DNA of 64,000 nt from Cetorhinus maximus (taxonomy: Eukaryota): NCBI RefSeq assembly GCF_964194155.1, contig NC_135901.1:27218001-27282000 (forward strand), read 5' to 3'. Positions 1-12,745 of this stretch are shown here, in pieces. Numbering within the stretch: the first letter of the stretch is position 1; the number at the start of each line of letters is the position of its first letter. The notes below the pieces were generated by a model. That model saw nothing but the letters and a program-made list of their open reading frames with translations. It did not search any database and was not told the DNA's origin. The position numbers and the translations under genes are program-made.

Positions 1-555
1 AGAAATAGAGGGATTGAGAACAAAAGCAGGGAAGTTTTGCTGAACCTTTATAAAGCTCTGGTTAGGCCACAACTAGAGTATTGAGTCCAGTTCTGGTCAC
101 CACACTTTAGGAAGGATGTGAGGGTCCCTGAGAGGGTGGAGAGGAGATTTATCAGAATAGTTCCAGGAATGAGGGATTTTAACCACAAGGTTAGGTTGGA
201 GAAGCTGGGGTTGTTCTCCTTGGAGCAAAGGAGGTTGAGGGGAGATTTGATAGAGGTGTACAAGATTATGACAGGTTTAGATAAGGTGGACAAAGAAAAG
301 CTGTTCCCATTCGTTGATGATACAAGGATGAGGGGGACACAGAGTTAAAGTTTTGGACAGGAGATGCAGGGGGGATGAGAGGAAGAATATTTTTACACAG
401 TGAGCGGTAATGACCTGGAACTCACTGCCTTTCGGGGGGATGGGACGTGGAAGCAGAGACAGTGAACAGTTTCAAAAGGAAATTGGACGGGCACTCAAGG
501 GAAATAAACGTGCAGAGATATGGGGATAGAACAGGGAAATAGGGCTGACTGGTGC
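1..555 (+). mobile_element. CR1-type LINE 3' fragment
   Basis: ORF 118..348 has the CR1 ORF2 C-terminal motif RLEKLGLFSLEQRRLRGDLIEVYKIM, followed by a CR1-like 3' UTR. Confidence 0.85.
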
Positions 556-561
556 AACGAA

Positions 562-1373
562 GATTCTCAAGAATTGCAGATGATACGAAATTGGAAACGT
601 TGTCAACTGTGAAGAGGATAGTCTCGAACTTCAAGAGGACATAGACATGTTAGTGGATTGGGCAGATGTGGTAGATGAAGTTCAATGCAGAGAACTGTGA
701 GGTGATTTATTTTGGCAGGAAGGATAAGGAGAGACAGTATAAAATAAAGGCAGAAACTCTAAAGAAGGTGCAGGACCAGAGGGACCTCGGTGTATATGTA
801 CATACGTCATTGAAGATAGCAGGGCATGTTGAGAGCGCAGTTGATCAAGCATATCGTACTTTAGGCTTTATTAAGAAAGGCATTGAGTACAAGAGTAAGG
901 AGACACTATAAGACACGAGTAAGGCCTCATCTGGAGTACTGTATCCAGTTTTGGGCACCATACTTGAGGAAGGATGTGAAGGCATTGGAGCGAGTACAGA
1001 GGAGATTCACAAGAATGATTCCAGGGATAATGAACTGTAGCTATGAGGATAGACTGGAGAGGTTGGGACTGTTTTCCTTGGAGAAAAGAAGGCTGAGAGG
1101 AGACTTGATAGAGATATTCAAGATCCAGAGGGGTATGAACAGGGTAAATAGTGAGAAACTGTTTCCACTCAAGAAAACACAAGAACTGGAGGGCACTGAT
1201 TCAAAACAATTGTCAAAAGGAGTAAACCGTGATGTGAGGAGAAACTTGTTCACCCAGAGAGTGGTTGGAGTCTGGAATGAACTTCCTGAGAGGGTGGTGC
1301 AGGCAGGTTCAATCGATGTGTTCAAAAGGGAATTGGATTGCTATCTGAAAAGAAAGAATGTGCAAGGTTATGG
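562..1373 (+). mobile_element. CR1-type LINE, end of RT to C-terminus of ORF2; its 3' tail resumes at ~2360-2465 after an LTR insertion
   Basis: ADDTKL-like motif near 577, MKFNAENCEV, QRDLGVYV, VRPHLEYCIQFWAPY and LGLFSLEKRRLRGDLIE spread over broken frames. Confidence 0.9.
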
Positions 1374-2359
1374 TGTAAAGAAAATATCTTTTTTTCCTAA
1401 TTTTACTGTGGGATGCTTTAAAGCAGGCTTATGGGGGCTGTGTGTGTGACTAATTTCATCAAACTGCAGACAGTCAGACTGCAAGGTTTAAATCATCAAA
1501 GGGGTTAGGTGTAAAACAGGCATTTGAAATGGAGATGGGTAAGCTAGGATGAAGTCCCAGCAGATACAGTGTGAATGGAATTTGTATTTAGAGATGAGTT
1601 GAGAGGTTGTTTGATTTTCAAAGGGACATGATGAGATGTTTTCCAACTGGCAAGATAAGTAAGGCAAAGTTATTAAGTTTATTTTTTCCCGAAAGTGCTG
1701 GACATAAGGACAACATGAAAGATTTTTATATTTTGGCAAAAGTAACTTCCAAAGAAAGGGTGAAACAATGGGATTTACAGATCAAAATGGAGGAAATATA
1801 TTAACAGAGAGATGGGAAGCTGTATGGGGAGTGGCCATGTGAGATCTTGACTGTGTAAAACAGACTTGTGAAGAAGCAGCCTCTGGTCACCCCAAAGAAG
1901 TGCTTGCATTCCTGAGTGCAAGGTTGTTTAGAAGCCTTGAAATTCCATTGTCAAGGGAGAGGGAGAAAGAAGCTGTGAAATACCTCCCTTATAGCAACAG
2001 TGTATGCTTGTGGTAATATTGCTGGATGTTTGATACATGAAGAATCAATTTGGACATTTGCCTCAAAGAGGTGCGTAGCTGGGAGTCTAGTTAAGTAGAA
2101 ATCTTGTGGGAGCTGTTATCAGGCTAAATGTAACTGTGTAACTGTCGTCTTGTGTGTTTAAGTTTTCTTTTCTTTTGTTAATAAATGTTTTGATTTAATC
2201 TTTAAAATCCCTAAAGCTGGTAGTGGACTCTTTACTTCTGACTTCAGTGCACAAACCTTCTTGTAATAAATACAAATTGCAAAATCGTTCTAATAGCTTG
2301 GCCAAGTTTCTCTTTGGGATTTGGTCAATCTGGCAAATGCCACCTACCATATCATAACA
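1374..2359 (+). mobile_element. Solo LTR (986 bp) inserted in a CR1 tail
   Basis: TG...CA termini; 4-bp TSD ATGG at 1370-1373 and 2360-2363; AATAAA near 2180 and 2265; removing it rejoins the CR1 3' end. Confidence 0.85.
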
Positions 2360-3132
2360 ATGGGGATAAGACAGGGGAGTGGGACTAGGCAGAATGCGCT
2401 TTCAGAGAGCCAGTGCAGACTCGATGGGCCAAATCCTTCTGCACCATAAGGATTATGTGATTCTGTGAATAATACCAGAATTGAGAGCATTTTACCCTTA
2501 AGAAAGGCTGGGGCTGCTTTTCTCTAGAAAAAAGACTGAAGGGTGACCTTATGGAAGTCTTTAAGATGATGAAGGGGATCAATAATCCAATAGGGATTTC
2601 ATGAGAAACCTCTTTACCCAGCGAGTGGCGGGAATGTGGAACTCATTACCACAGTGAGTGGTTGAGGTGAACAGCATGAATACATTTAAGGGGAAGCTAG
2701 ATACATACATGAGGGAGAAAGGAATAGAAGGATATGCTGATGGGGGGAGATGAAGAGGGGTGGGTGGAGGCACATGTGGAGAATAAATACTGACAGAAAC
2801 CAATTGAGCCAATTGGCCTGGCCCTGTGCTGTAGACTCAATGGAACAGAGACAAATGTATTTATTTTAGATCTACCTGTAGTGGTAGGAAAAACACTATT
2901 TACTATCCAGGATAAAATAAATGTATTTCATCAGCTTTTGCGAATCATTTCAGTGGAAATGTGCACTCCCAGGCACAAAGAGCATCAGCCACTGGAAGCA
3001 AAGTCATGAGACCGGTCAGTCCAGCAGAAAGAAACTCTCCGAACCTCCCACTTCACCAAGTGTCAGAATGAACATGGTTCAGTCCTGGATGTGATTAACA
3101 GCAGCAATAACAGCAGAATCCAACCCCTGGAA

Positions 3133-3807
3133 TCACTTGTGAACTCGCTGGTGTCTCAGCTGGTGGGCTAACTGAGTGAATGTCTTTCCACACTCAGAGC
3201 AGATGAATGGCCTCTCCCCAGTGTGAACTCGCTGATGTGTCTGCATGTGGGATAACTGAGTGAATCCCTTACCACAATCGGAGCAGGTGAATGGCCACTC
3301 TCCATTGTGAACTTGCTGATGTGTCCGCAGGTAGGATGACCGAGTGAAACCCTTCCCACACTCAGAGCATGTGAATGGCCTCACCCCTGTGTGAACTCGC
3401 TGATGCCTCAGCAGGTTGGATGAATCAGTGAATCCCTTCCCACACACAGAGCAGGTGAATGGCCGCTCCCCGGTGTGAACTCGCTGGTGTGTCTGGAGGT
3501 GGGATAACTGAGTGAATCCCTTCCCACACTCAGAGCAGGTGAATGGCCATTCTCCGCTGTGAACTTGTTGGTGTGTCAACAGGTGTGAAGACCGAGTGAA
3601 TCCCTTCCCACACTCAATGCAGGTGAATGGCCTCTCCCCAGTGTGAACTCGCTGGTGTGCCAGCAGATCGGATGGATTAGTGAATCCCTTCCCACAGTCA
3701 AAGCAGCTGAACGGCCTCTCCCCAGTGTGATAGCGACGATGAGTTTCCAGCTCAGATGGGGACCGGAATCCCTTCCCACAATCCCCACATTTCCACCGTT
3801 TCTCCGT
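3133..3807 (-). CDS. C2H2 zinc-finger array A, 8 fingers; the family start ATG is ACG here (possible pseudogene)
   Basis: Frame is open from accACGgag (3807) through [10 protein letters not shown]... to HQRVHK-TGA; the ORF track shows only the part from a TTG at 3579. Confidence 0.7.
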   Translation of the reverse strand, partial: TEKRWKCGDCGKGFRSPSELETHRRYHTGERPFSCFDCGKGFTNPSDLLAHQRVHTGERPFTCIECGKGFTRSSHLLTHQQVHSGEWPFTCSECGKGFTQLSHLQTHQRVHTGERPFTCSVCGKGFTDSSNLLRHQRVHTGVRPFTCSECGKGFTRSSYLRTHQQVHNGEWPFTCSDCGKGFTQLSHMQTHQRVHTGERPFICSECGKTFTQLAHQLRHQRVHK

Positions 3808-5103
3808 GGTGCGGGTGTCCTTGTGTATCTCCAGGTTTGACGATCAGTTGGAGTCGCGTTCACACACTGTAACTGGTGAAAACTCTTTCCACAGTCAGCG
3901 CACTGGAACACTTTCACTCGGGTGTGTGTGTCTCAGGTTTTTTCCAGTCACACTGATGTTTGAAAACTTCAGAAGGTGACAGAACAGAAAAACCTTTCTC
4001 CTTCGAGATTCAAAGGCCAATGACATTCAGCTCCCGATGAATTGAGTGCCGCTGGCAGGATTGATGTGATGTTTGGTTTCAGATTTCTGTCTGCAAATCC
4101 TCCCCTTCTAATATCCTGTAAAAGGAGTTTGCAAAGGTCATCACTGTCAAAGTGCAGGATAGAAATTCAGAACAGATTGTTCTAGATTCTATGGAACATT
4201 ATTTCCTCTGTCATTCCCCAAAAGTCTTCCCAGACACACTCCCTGAATTCTCACTTTGCTGTGCCTAATATACATCCTCCCAATTCTCCTGAAGGTGCTG
4301 ATTCATGCTGACCGACAGACCCATGCTCACCGCAACTATCCCAGACACAGAAGCCTGAAAATCTCGATGCAAGCTGCTAGTCTAAATGTATATTTACATA
4401 TTTAGTGGACTAAACGATGTGTATAATCTACAGCATTCTATTCCTTGATTAGAGGTACAGGGGTGGGGTAAGGAAGAAACTTATTTAGGCAGTGAGTAGT
4501 CATGACCTGGAACTCACTGCCTACAAGGGTAGTGGAAGCAGAGACGACTAATAATTTCAAAAGAAAATTGGATGGGCACTTGAATAAAATAAATTTGCAG
4601 TGTAATTATGGAGTGGGGGGGGGGGGGGGGTGGGCGGAGAGAGAGAGGGGGAATGGGACTGACTGGATTTCTCAACAGAGAGTTGGCATCGATTCGAGTT
4701 GTCAAATGGATTCCTGTGTCGTGATGACTCCATGACTGGAAATATATAACGTAGCTAATATATTACAAAACTAGAAATGATAATAAATGTACTTTATTAG
4801 ATAACCAGAACAATATATTATGTATTTACCTGCCTCATATATTACTAGCCTAGAAATAAAATAAATATAACTAGAGAACCATAAATAACATATCTAATAT
4901 GTACAAAATAACAAACTAGACATATCTCTGTCCTATATTAATTTACTGTCCCCTTAAATGTCAGCCATCTCCTGGGGAAACCACCCCTTTAATTATGAAC
5001 ATTAGGAAAGAGACCATCCTTTTAGCCAGACAAATAAGTGTGTCAAGCTGAGGGAGCAAAGGATGTCAATGTCTTTAAGAGAGAGAGAGAGACCTGGGCC
5101 AAC

Positions 5104-5277
5104 CTTTCTAGAGTCTGCACCCTCCCTGGATTCACTTCCTTTCCCTTCAGTTCCTGCAAGTCAACAATTTGCCCCCAGAATGAGAAAAGAAATGGAAAGG
5201 GGGAGAAAAGAAAGTGTTTTACTCACAGATGCTGGACACAGGAGGAGGTTTTCGTCTGCGTGAAGCTCAATCTTCAT
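5104..5277 (-). other. Predicted exon 1 (ATG 5277 to 5227) and 50-nt mini-exon 2 (5153-5104) of gene A
   Basis: Donor GTGAGT at 5226; pyrimidine tract plus TTGCAG acceptor at 5154; donor AAG/GTTGGC at 5103; next acceptor TTTACAG at 4116. Confidence 0.65.
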
Positions 5278-5279
5278 TC

Positions 5280-5590
5280 ACACAAAGCCCGTGCTCTGAT
5301 TGGCTGGAGGACCAGGGTCCTTCCGGTCCACCAACTCTTCCCATTGGTCAACACCTCAGCATGACGGGAAGGAGCGGGTTCTCCCCCGCACATGCGCAGC
5401 TTCCCCTCTCCCGAGTTCTCCGAGCGGCTTCTCGCTTTGGCCGGAGCCGTCAGCCGGTTGGCTGGAAACCTTGGCTCGAGGAGGTGGAGGGGGAACAATG
5501 GGTGGGGGAGGGGGAACAATGGTTGGGGGCGGGGCTCCCGTGTCCGCGCGCCTGGCCTGCGGTCTTTCATCTCTCTCCATTGGTCAATCC
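5280..5590. promoter_or_regulatory. CpG-rich promoter (arm type A) of gene A
   Basis: CCAAT boxes, CCGGAAG ETS-like core, NRF1-like CGCACATGCGCA (~5387) and GGGGCGGGG GC box; paralogous to the other promoters in the window. Confidence 0.7.
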
Positions 5591-5682
5591 CTGTTCGACC
5601 AGACGAGGTAGCGGAGCCCAAATTATTTCCAAACTACTAGTTTATGTAGTCATAAACTACATAAGATAATATTACTGGTCCC

Positions 5683-6279
5683 NNNNNNNNNNNNNNNNNN
5701 NNNNNNNNNNNNNNNNNNNNNNNNNNNNNNNNNNNNNNNNNNNNNNNNNNNNNNNNNNNNNNNNNNNNNNNNNNNNNNNNNNNNNNNNNNNNNNNNNNNN
5801 NNNNNNNNNNNNNNNNNNNNNNNNNNNNNNNNNNNNNNNNNNNNNNNNNNNNNNNNNNNNNNNNNNNNNNNNNNNNNNNNNNNNNNNNNNNNNNNNNNNN
5901 NNNNNNNNNNNNNNNNNNNNNNNNNNNNNNNNNNNNNNNNNNNNNNNNNNNNNNNNNNNNNNNNNNNNNNNNNNNNNNNNNNNNNNNNNNNNNNNNNNNN
6001 NNNNNNNNNNNNNNNNNNNNNNNNNNNNNNNNNNNNNNNNNNNNNNNNNNNNNNNNNNNNNNNNNNNNNNNNNNNNNNNNNNNNNNNNNNNNNNNNNNNN
6101 NNNNNNNNNNNNNNNNNNNNNNNNNNNNNNNNNNNNNNNNNNNNNNNNNNNNNNNNNNNNNNNNNNNNNNNNNNNNNNNNNNNNNNNNNNNNNNNNNNNN
6201 NNNNNNNNNNNNNNNNNNNNNNNNNNNNNNNNNNNNNNNNNNNNNNNNNNNNNNNNNNNNNNNNNNNNNNNNNNNNNNN
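5683..6279. other. Assembly gap (N run)
   Basis: Run of n; lies where the promoter arm and first exons of gene B would be expected. Confidence 0.99.
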
Positions 6280-7070
6280 GGGATCAAAGCAATTAGAATT
6301 GTCTGTTCTGAATTTCTAGGCCTTGTGTTGTCATGTCCACTCGCTCCCTGAATAAAATTCTCCCTCACTCCCCCCACCACCATATCTCTAATAAGTCTGA
6401 CATTACTGAATATTGCACACAATTTTAGTCCAGTAATATAGACAGATATATGGCGACCAGCCTGCATGAAGATTTTAGGGTCCCTGTGTGCAGGACAGCA
6501 AGTGCTGAGCATGGATCTGTCGATCAGCATAAACCGACACGTTCAGGACAATTGGGAGGGTGAATATCAGGTGTACAGAGTGAGAACAGAGGGAGAGTGT
6601 GTGGGATGGAGATTTACAACTTTTGGGGAATGAGAGAGAAAATAATATTCCAGAAAAACTCAAATTGTTCTGAATTTCGACCCTGCACTGACTTTTGTAA
6701 ACTCCTTTTACAGGATATTAGAAGAGAATTTAAAGACAGAAATCTCAAACCAAACATCACGTCAGAATCTGACAAGTCACTCAATTCATCAGGACCTGAA
6801 TATCATTGGTCTTTGAATATAGAAGGAGAAATGTTTCCCTGTTCTGTCCACATCAAAAGATTTTAAACGTCAGTGTGACTGGAAAAGCATTGAGATGCAG
6901 ACATCTGAGTGAGTGGGTTCCAGCGCACTAACTGCAAAAAGAGCTTTAATCAGTTACACAGCCCAAAATAAATCATACCATTCACAGCAGGGAGAGACTG
7001 TACACGTGTTCTGTGTGTGGATGAGGCTTCAACTGATATTCAAACCTCAATAGTCACAAGGGCACCCAAC

Positions 7071-7748
7071 ATGGAGAAACGGTGGAAATGTGGGGACTGT
7101 GGGATGGGATTCAAAGCCCCGTCAGATCTGGAAACTCATCGACGCATACACACCGGAGAGAGGCCGTTCACCTGCTTTGTGTGTGGGAAGGGATTTATTA
7201 AGTCATCCAACCTGAAGCTACACCAGCGAGTTCACAGCGCAGAGAGGCCATACACCTGCTCCATGTGTGGGAAGGGATTCATTGATTCATCCACCCTGCA
7301 GAAACACCAGCGAGTTCACACCGGGGAGAGGCCATTCACCTGCTCTGAGTGTGGGAAGGGATTCACTCAGTCATCCCACCTACAGACACACCAGAGAGTA
7401 CACAGTGGAGAGAGGCCGTTCACCTGCTCTGACTGTGGAAAGGGATTCACTCAGTCATCCCTGCTGCAGATACACCAGCGAGTTCACAATGGAGAGAAGC
7501 CATTCTGCTGCTCTGCATGTGGGAAGAGATTCACTAATTCATCCAACTTGCAGAGACACAAGCGAGTTCACACCGGGGAGAAGCCATTCACCTGCTCTGA
7601 GTGTGGGAAGGGATTTACTCAGTCAGTGCACCTGCAGACACACCAGCGAGTTCACACTGGGGAGAGGCCATTCACCTGCTCTGTGTGTGGGAAGGGATTC
7701 ATTTGTTCATCGGAGCTGCTGAGACACCATGGCAGTCACACCGATTAG
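7071..7748 (+). CDS. C2H2 zinc-finger protein B, 8 fingers
   Basis: [10 protein letters not shown] start (aacATGg), eight CxxC-12-HxxxH units with TGERP linkers; acceptor TTTACAG at 6713. Confidence 0.85.
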   Translation: MEKRWKCGDCGMGFKAPSDLETHRRIHTGERPFTCFVCGKGFIKSSNLKLHQRVHSAERPYTCSMCGKGFIDSSTLQKHQRVHTGERPFTCSECGKGFTQSSHLQTHQRVHSGERPFTCSDCGKGFTQSSLLQIHQRVHNGEKPFCCSACGKRFTNSSNLQRHKRVHTGEKPFTCSECGKGFTQSVHLQTHQRVHTGERPFTCSVCGKGFICSSELLRHHGSHTD

Positions 7749-7775
7749 AGATTTTTTAGATATTCTGATTGTGGG

Positions 7776-8095
7776 TGTTAAATGTATTTATTCAGGTTAA
7801 GTAGATATTGATTGGATATTTACATGAGTACACATGAATAGAGACTTACTGACATTGTGTGGAGTCAGGAGGAATATACCTGCAATGTTTCACTCTGTGA
7901 ATAAATCTATACAAAAATAATGATTGACTCCACCCTCAGGCTGTCAGGATTAGAACAGGGTAACAGAGAAAGCTGTTCTAATACTGAAGTTTGAAATTTA
8001 TAGGAAAGTAAAATTTCAGACAGAAGCCTACAATCTGAGTAGCTCTTGTGAGAAATGGCTGAAAGCAAGTGAAAATTGTCAGGGTCTGATTACAC
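7776..8095 (+). mobile_element. Copia-like LTR (7776-7957), PBS-like site and truncated gag start
   Basis: TG...CA, AATAAA at 7900, GGGTAACAGAG directly after the LTR, ATGGCTGAAAGCAAG at 8055; homologous to the reverse complement of 23385-23717. Confidence 0.75.
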
Positions 8096-11000
8096 ATGGA
8101 TGAGGCTGCAACTGATCATCGAATTCACAATGAGGAGAGACTGTTCACCCGATCTGAGTTTGGGAAGGGATTCAGCCATTCATGCACCCGGCTGAGACAC
8201 CAGCGAGTTTCTACCACTGCAGGTAGATCTAAAAGAAATACATTTGTCTCTGTTCCATTGAGTCTACAGCACAGGGCCAGGCCAGTCAGCTCAGTTGGTC
8301 TATGTCAGTACTTCTGCTCCACATGAAACATCACCCACTCCTCTTCACCTCCCCCACCCCCATCAGCATATTTGTCTATTCCTTTCTCCCTCATGTGTGT
8401 ATCGGACTTCCCCTTAAATATATTCAAGCAGCCCAGCCTTTCCTAAGGGTTAAATGCTCTCAGTTCTGATATTATTCTTGTGAATCTTTGTTGCCCCTTC
8501 TCCAGTGCCTCTATTTCCTCTTTCTAAAAGAGATCACAAATGTTGACAGTACTCCCAGCGTAGGCTAACCATGGTTCGGAGCAAGTTGAACATAACCTCC
8601 CTGCTTTTCATATCTATCTTTCCCTCTAGAATGGAACCCTATATCTGGACCCCACACTTTAAGAAAGATGTGAAGTTCTCAGAGAGACTGGAAAGAGGAT
8701 TTACGAGAATGGCACCAGGAATGAGGGGTTTAGTTAATGGAGAGACTGGAGCAACTGAAATTTCTCTCTGTGGATCATAGAGTCATTAGAGTAGGGAATG
8801 GGGCCATTCAGCCCATTGAGTCCATGCCGGCTCCCTGTAGAGCAAACCAGTCAGTCCCATTGCCCCGTTCTATCCCCGTATTACTGGAGGTTTATTTCTC
8901 TCAAGTGCCCATCCAATCTTGTTTCAAAAACATTCCATCATCTCTGCTTCTACCACATTCATAGGAAGTGGGTTCCAGGTCATTACCACTCATTTTAACT
9001 GCACACGAGGCTCATAGAGCACAGAAGGAGGCTATTTGGCCCATCGTGCCCATGCTGGCTCTTTGAATTCATCCCATTGTCCTATAGTTTTGTTTTTCTT
9101 TCAAGGATCTGTCCTGTTCCCTTTTCAAAGATAAATTCAAATCTGCTCCTCGCACCATTTTCAGGCAGTGCATTCCACATCACAACAACTCGCTGTGTTT
9201 TCATACAAATAATTCAGGATATAACTGTGTTTTGATTTTCACAGAGTATTCAAAATGGCATCAAAGACATGGTTATTACACAAAATTAAAGTTCAATCTT
9301 TATCAATAATTTTGATGAGGGGACTGAGCTTAAATATCCAAGTATGCGGACAATTAGAAATAAATTGCATTTCTATAGCACCTCTCATGACCACAGGACC
9401 TCCTAAAATGTTTTACAGTCAACAACGCACATTTGAAGTATAGTCACAGTTGTAATGTAGGAAACTGTACGTAGGACTGGGTAATCAAATTTACTTTTAA
9501 AATTCAATCACTTTCATACCATATTCACTGTTATGAGTAACAAGGTCAAGGAAGCCATTTTAAACCCTAACATGTGGCTTGCTGCAGCCATTTCACATTC
9601 TGTAACTTTATTAACTATATATTGATTTCGTATTGAAAGGCAGTCATGAAACAAATGATTATTCAGTAATGAACCTTGCAATGTAAGAGATAATTACTTT
9701 GTAAAGGCTGGATCTTTATTTTAAAAATGAACACTGTATAAACCGAAATGTTTCTCGACACTGCAGAGCTAGCAGTAATTGTTTAAACAAAGACATTCTT
9801 TTCTAATTTTGATAAGGACTTCATATTCTGTCAAAGTCCAGCTCAAGAATAAAGCTAATTTTTCAATACAATCAAAATCAGTAAGAAAGAAAGCTATTGT
9901 CTTCCACAAGCTGTCTTTTTGAACCAATGTACCTTGTATTAACCAAATGTGTTAATTCAAGATTACTGTATTAATTAGCTACCAGTCGGTAATGGGTGAT
10001 TGAATAAGTAGTGAGCATTAACTGAGTTACAATTATTAATCAGTAATTACAGTAAAAGACTGAATTTAATTTTCTGTAAAAATGTAAACCCTTAATTGCT
10101 GTGTATGTAAAGAATGTGCAATGATGATAAATGTACCGGCAAGGGAGACCTTCAAGCTCTGATTAGCCTCAACATTTGAAATTGTATGAATAAGGGATTG
10201 TATAGAATCAGATAAAGGGATAGTATGAAACAGTTCTATTGTCTTCCTGTCTAAGTTAATGAGAGAAGGTGGTGTAAGTAATTGGGGATCCAATTAAATT
10301 AATCTAGTAACCAAATTGACCAATTGTCATCTTACAACTGGTCCAACTCTGATGTGAGGTCATGGTGACTTTGGGGATAAAAGTAGAGGTTCTGAAGGTC
10401 TTCCTTGCTAGCCAAGTACTGAAGACTCCCGAGTTGAGTTCCAAGGAAGTTACTGTCAAAGATGGAGCCAGACTCCTGAGGCTGAATTCCTCAAGAATTA
10501 CTGTCAAAGAAGGAGCCAGAGAGGGTTACGGTTCTACAGACTGATCACCCGCATAAAGTTGTAAAAGTCAATGTCTTCTCCGAACCATAAGTGACTTTAT
10601 TAAATACTGATTGAATACTTATTAATACTTTATTAAATCCACTGAGCCACGGCTGACACTCCAGACAATACAACATTAGAAACAGAAAGTTACCCTTTAA
10701 AATCCTCCGCCCTTTGCCTCCAGTGCTTAAATCTCATAATAAAAACCCCAGTATAAATAATAAGTATTTGATGGACAAATGTTGAAGTGTTGGTTTAGAG
10801 CCACAAGTTTTGAGTTACCATTTGAGCCTCCAGCACCTTTCTGACTCTCTATTGCTCGTGTCAATGACAGCCAGGCGACGAGCTGAGGGCTGAATTTAGC
10901 TGAGAACAACTGCGGCCCCGTTGGGAAACTGCCATGGGCGTCGCACTAATAGAGAGACAGGAAGGTGCTGGAGGGCTGACTGGGAAATGGGCCTCCAACC

Positions 11001-12339
11001 AATCGGGGCGCGGGAGGGGGTGACCCGACCCCCGGGGTTCAGTGCCCCTGTGTCCAAAGTGGGGAGTCACGGGAAGAGGGTACGGAGGAGCCGAACAGAA
11101 ACCATTTAGGTCCAGAACATTGTGCACATCCTTTTACTCTGGTTGTCTTTTATCCTCAAGTAATTTTCTGGTTTTTTTTAACCATGTTCTGTTTCATTAA
11201 TAAACTTTTTTTAGTAAAAAATATTTTATTCTGCTGGGCTTCTCATGATTAGATTTCTGCACTTTAGGGAAAGTGGGTGAGAGGGGTTGGCAGGCTCTTT
11301 AATAGAAAGTGAGTCCCTCTAAGGTAATTAGCAAAGGAGCCAGAGGGGGAGATGAGATTTTATTTTTGACACAGCGATGTTAGAAAATGGGGTTCAGGGA
11401 GTCAATTAACCCTTTATCCCCTTTTCCCAAACTCTGAAATGATTCACAGTGATAACCCTTATTGGTGGCAGTGATTAGATTTGATTCAGAATAAATAAGA
11501 CCTGACACATGCTCATGTCTGAGCAGTAGTATCAAAGTGCAGCAGCATTACCATTACACTCTGGGTAGAAGCACCATCTCCACGTAAATGCTCTCTGATA
11601 TGCCCGAGATGCCATGGCACCAGTCAATGCAATACGTAAAACCTCTACAAATCTCTGTGCTCGGGGAATCCCTTCTGATACTTTTTTACATCACAAAGTC
11701 TATGGAGACTGATTTAACCCAATCATTGCCGAGCTAACATTTGAACGGACCAATTACAAAACCTGTCATTGAACCATCTGTACCTGCCCAAGCCACGTCA
11801 AACTCTCAAACAATTGGCTTCCCACGCTCCGTCCCCGGTACAGGGAGTCGGCATTCCCATGCCAAGTAGTGAAAACATGGTGGCCTTGACATCCAGGTGT
11901 TGTCTAGGATTCAAGGCACTCTTGTCTTCTCTGTCCTCTGGGAGCTGTTCATCTCCCTGTTCCCACATAGCAAGTCGTCTGTTCTCCGCTCTGCCAGATT
12001 TCTGCTGAAGTTTGGTCCATTTTACAACTTTTGGATCAATAAAACAATCAGAAAATGAAGACCTGTGTATGGTTTTCTTTTAAAGAAGTTCATAGACAAA
12101 GGATACAAATTTCTCCAAGATACAGCGATCAACTTATTCATTTCATCAACACTTTCTTGTCTTTCACTAAAATGTAGGTGGAAACCATAATGTTACATTC
12201 CACTGAACTACACCCAAGGTGAGTTATTCCAATTCCTTTACTGTCCAGTACAATATTTTCCTCATATCTTCAAAACAGAAATCAAATATTCCCATTTGAT
12301 TTCAGAGATTAACATAATTTATTTGCTCTTTATTGTAGA

Positions 12340-12745
12340 TGTCAGGCTGGGGTTTTTCTCCTTTGCGCACAGGAGGTTGAGGGGAGATCTGAAAGAGGTG
12401 TACAAGATTATGACAGGTTTAGATAAGATGGACAAAGAAAAGCTGTTCCCATCAGCTGATGGTACAAGGACGAGGGAGACACAGATTTAAGGTTTTGTGT
12501 AAGAGATGCAGGGGGGTATGAGGAGGAACTGTTTTATGCAGCGAGTGGTAATGAGCTGGAACTCGTTGCCTGTGTGGTTGGTGCAAGCGGAGACGATGAA
12601 CGATTTCAAATGGAAATTGGGTGGAGACTTGAGGGAAGTAAACTTTCAGGGATATGGGGATAGCACGGAACAGTGGGACTGGTTTGCTCTACAGAGAGCT
12701 GGCATGGACCCGATGGGCTGAATGGCCTCCTTCTTGGCCCTAATG
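12340..12745 (+). mobile_element. CR1-type LINE 3' fragment
   Basis: RRLRGDLKEVYKIMTGLDK motif and 3' UTR closely similar to 205-550. Confidence 0.8.

Noticed and set aside
5038-5669. Recurring promoter-region ORFs (RERETWANLSRVCTLPG..., MFYSQMLDTGG...)
   Set aside because: Antisense readings of the duplicated exon and promoter block with variable starts, frames and ends; their recurrence reflects DNA identity only
5637-6530. 297-aa ORF
   Set aside because: Spans the N gap; artefact
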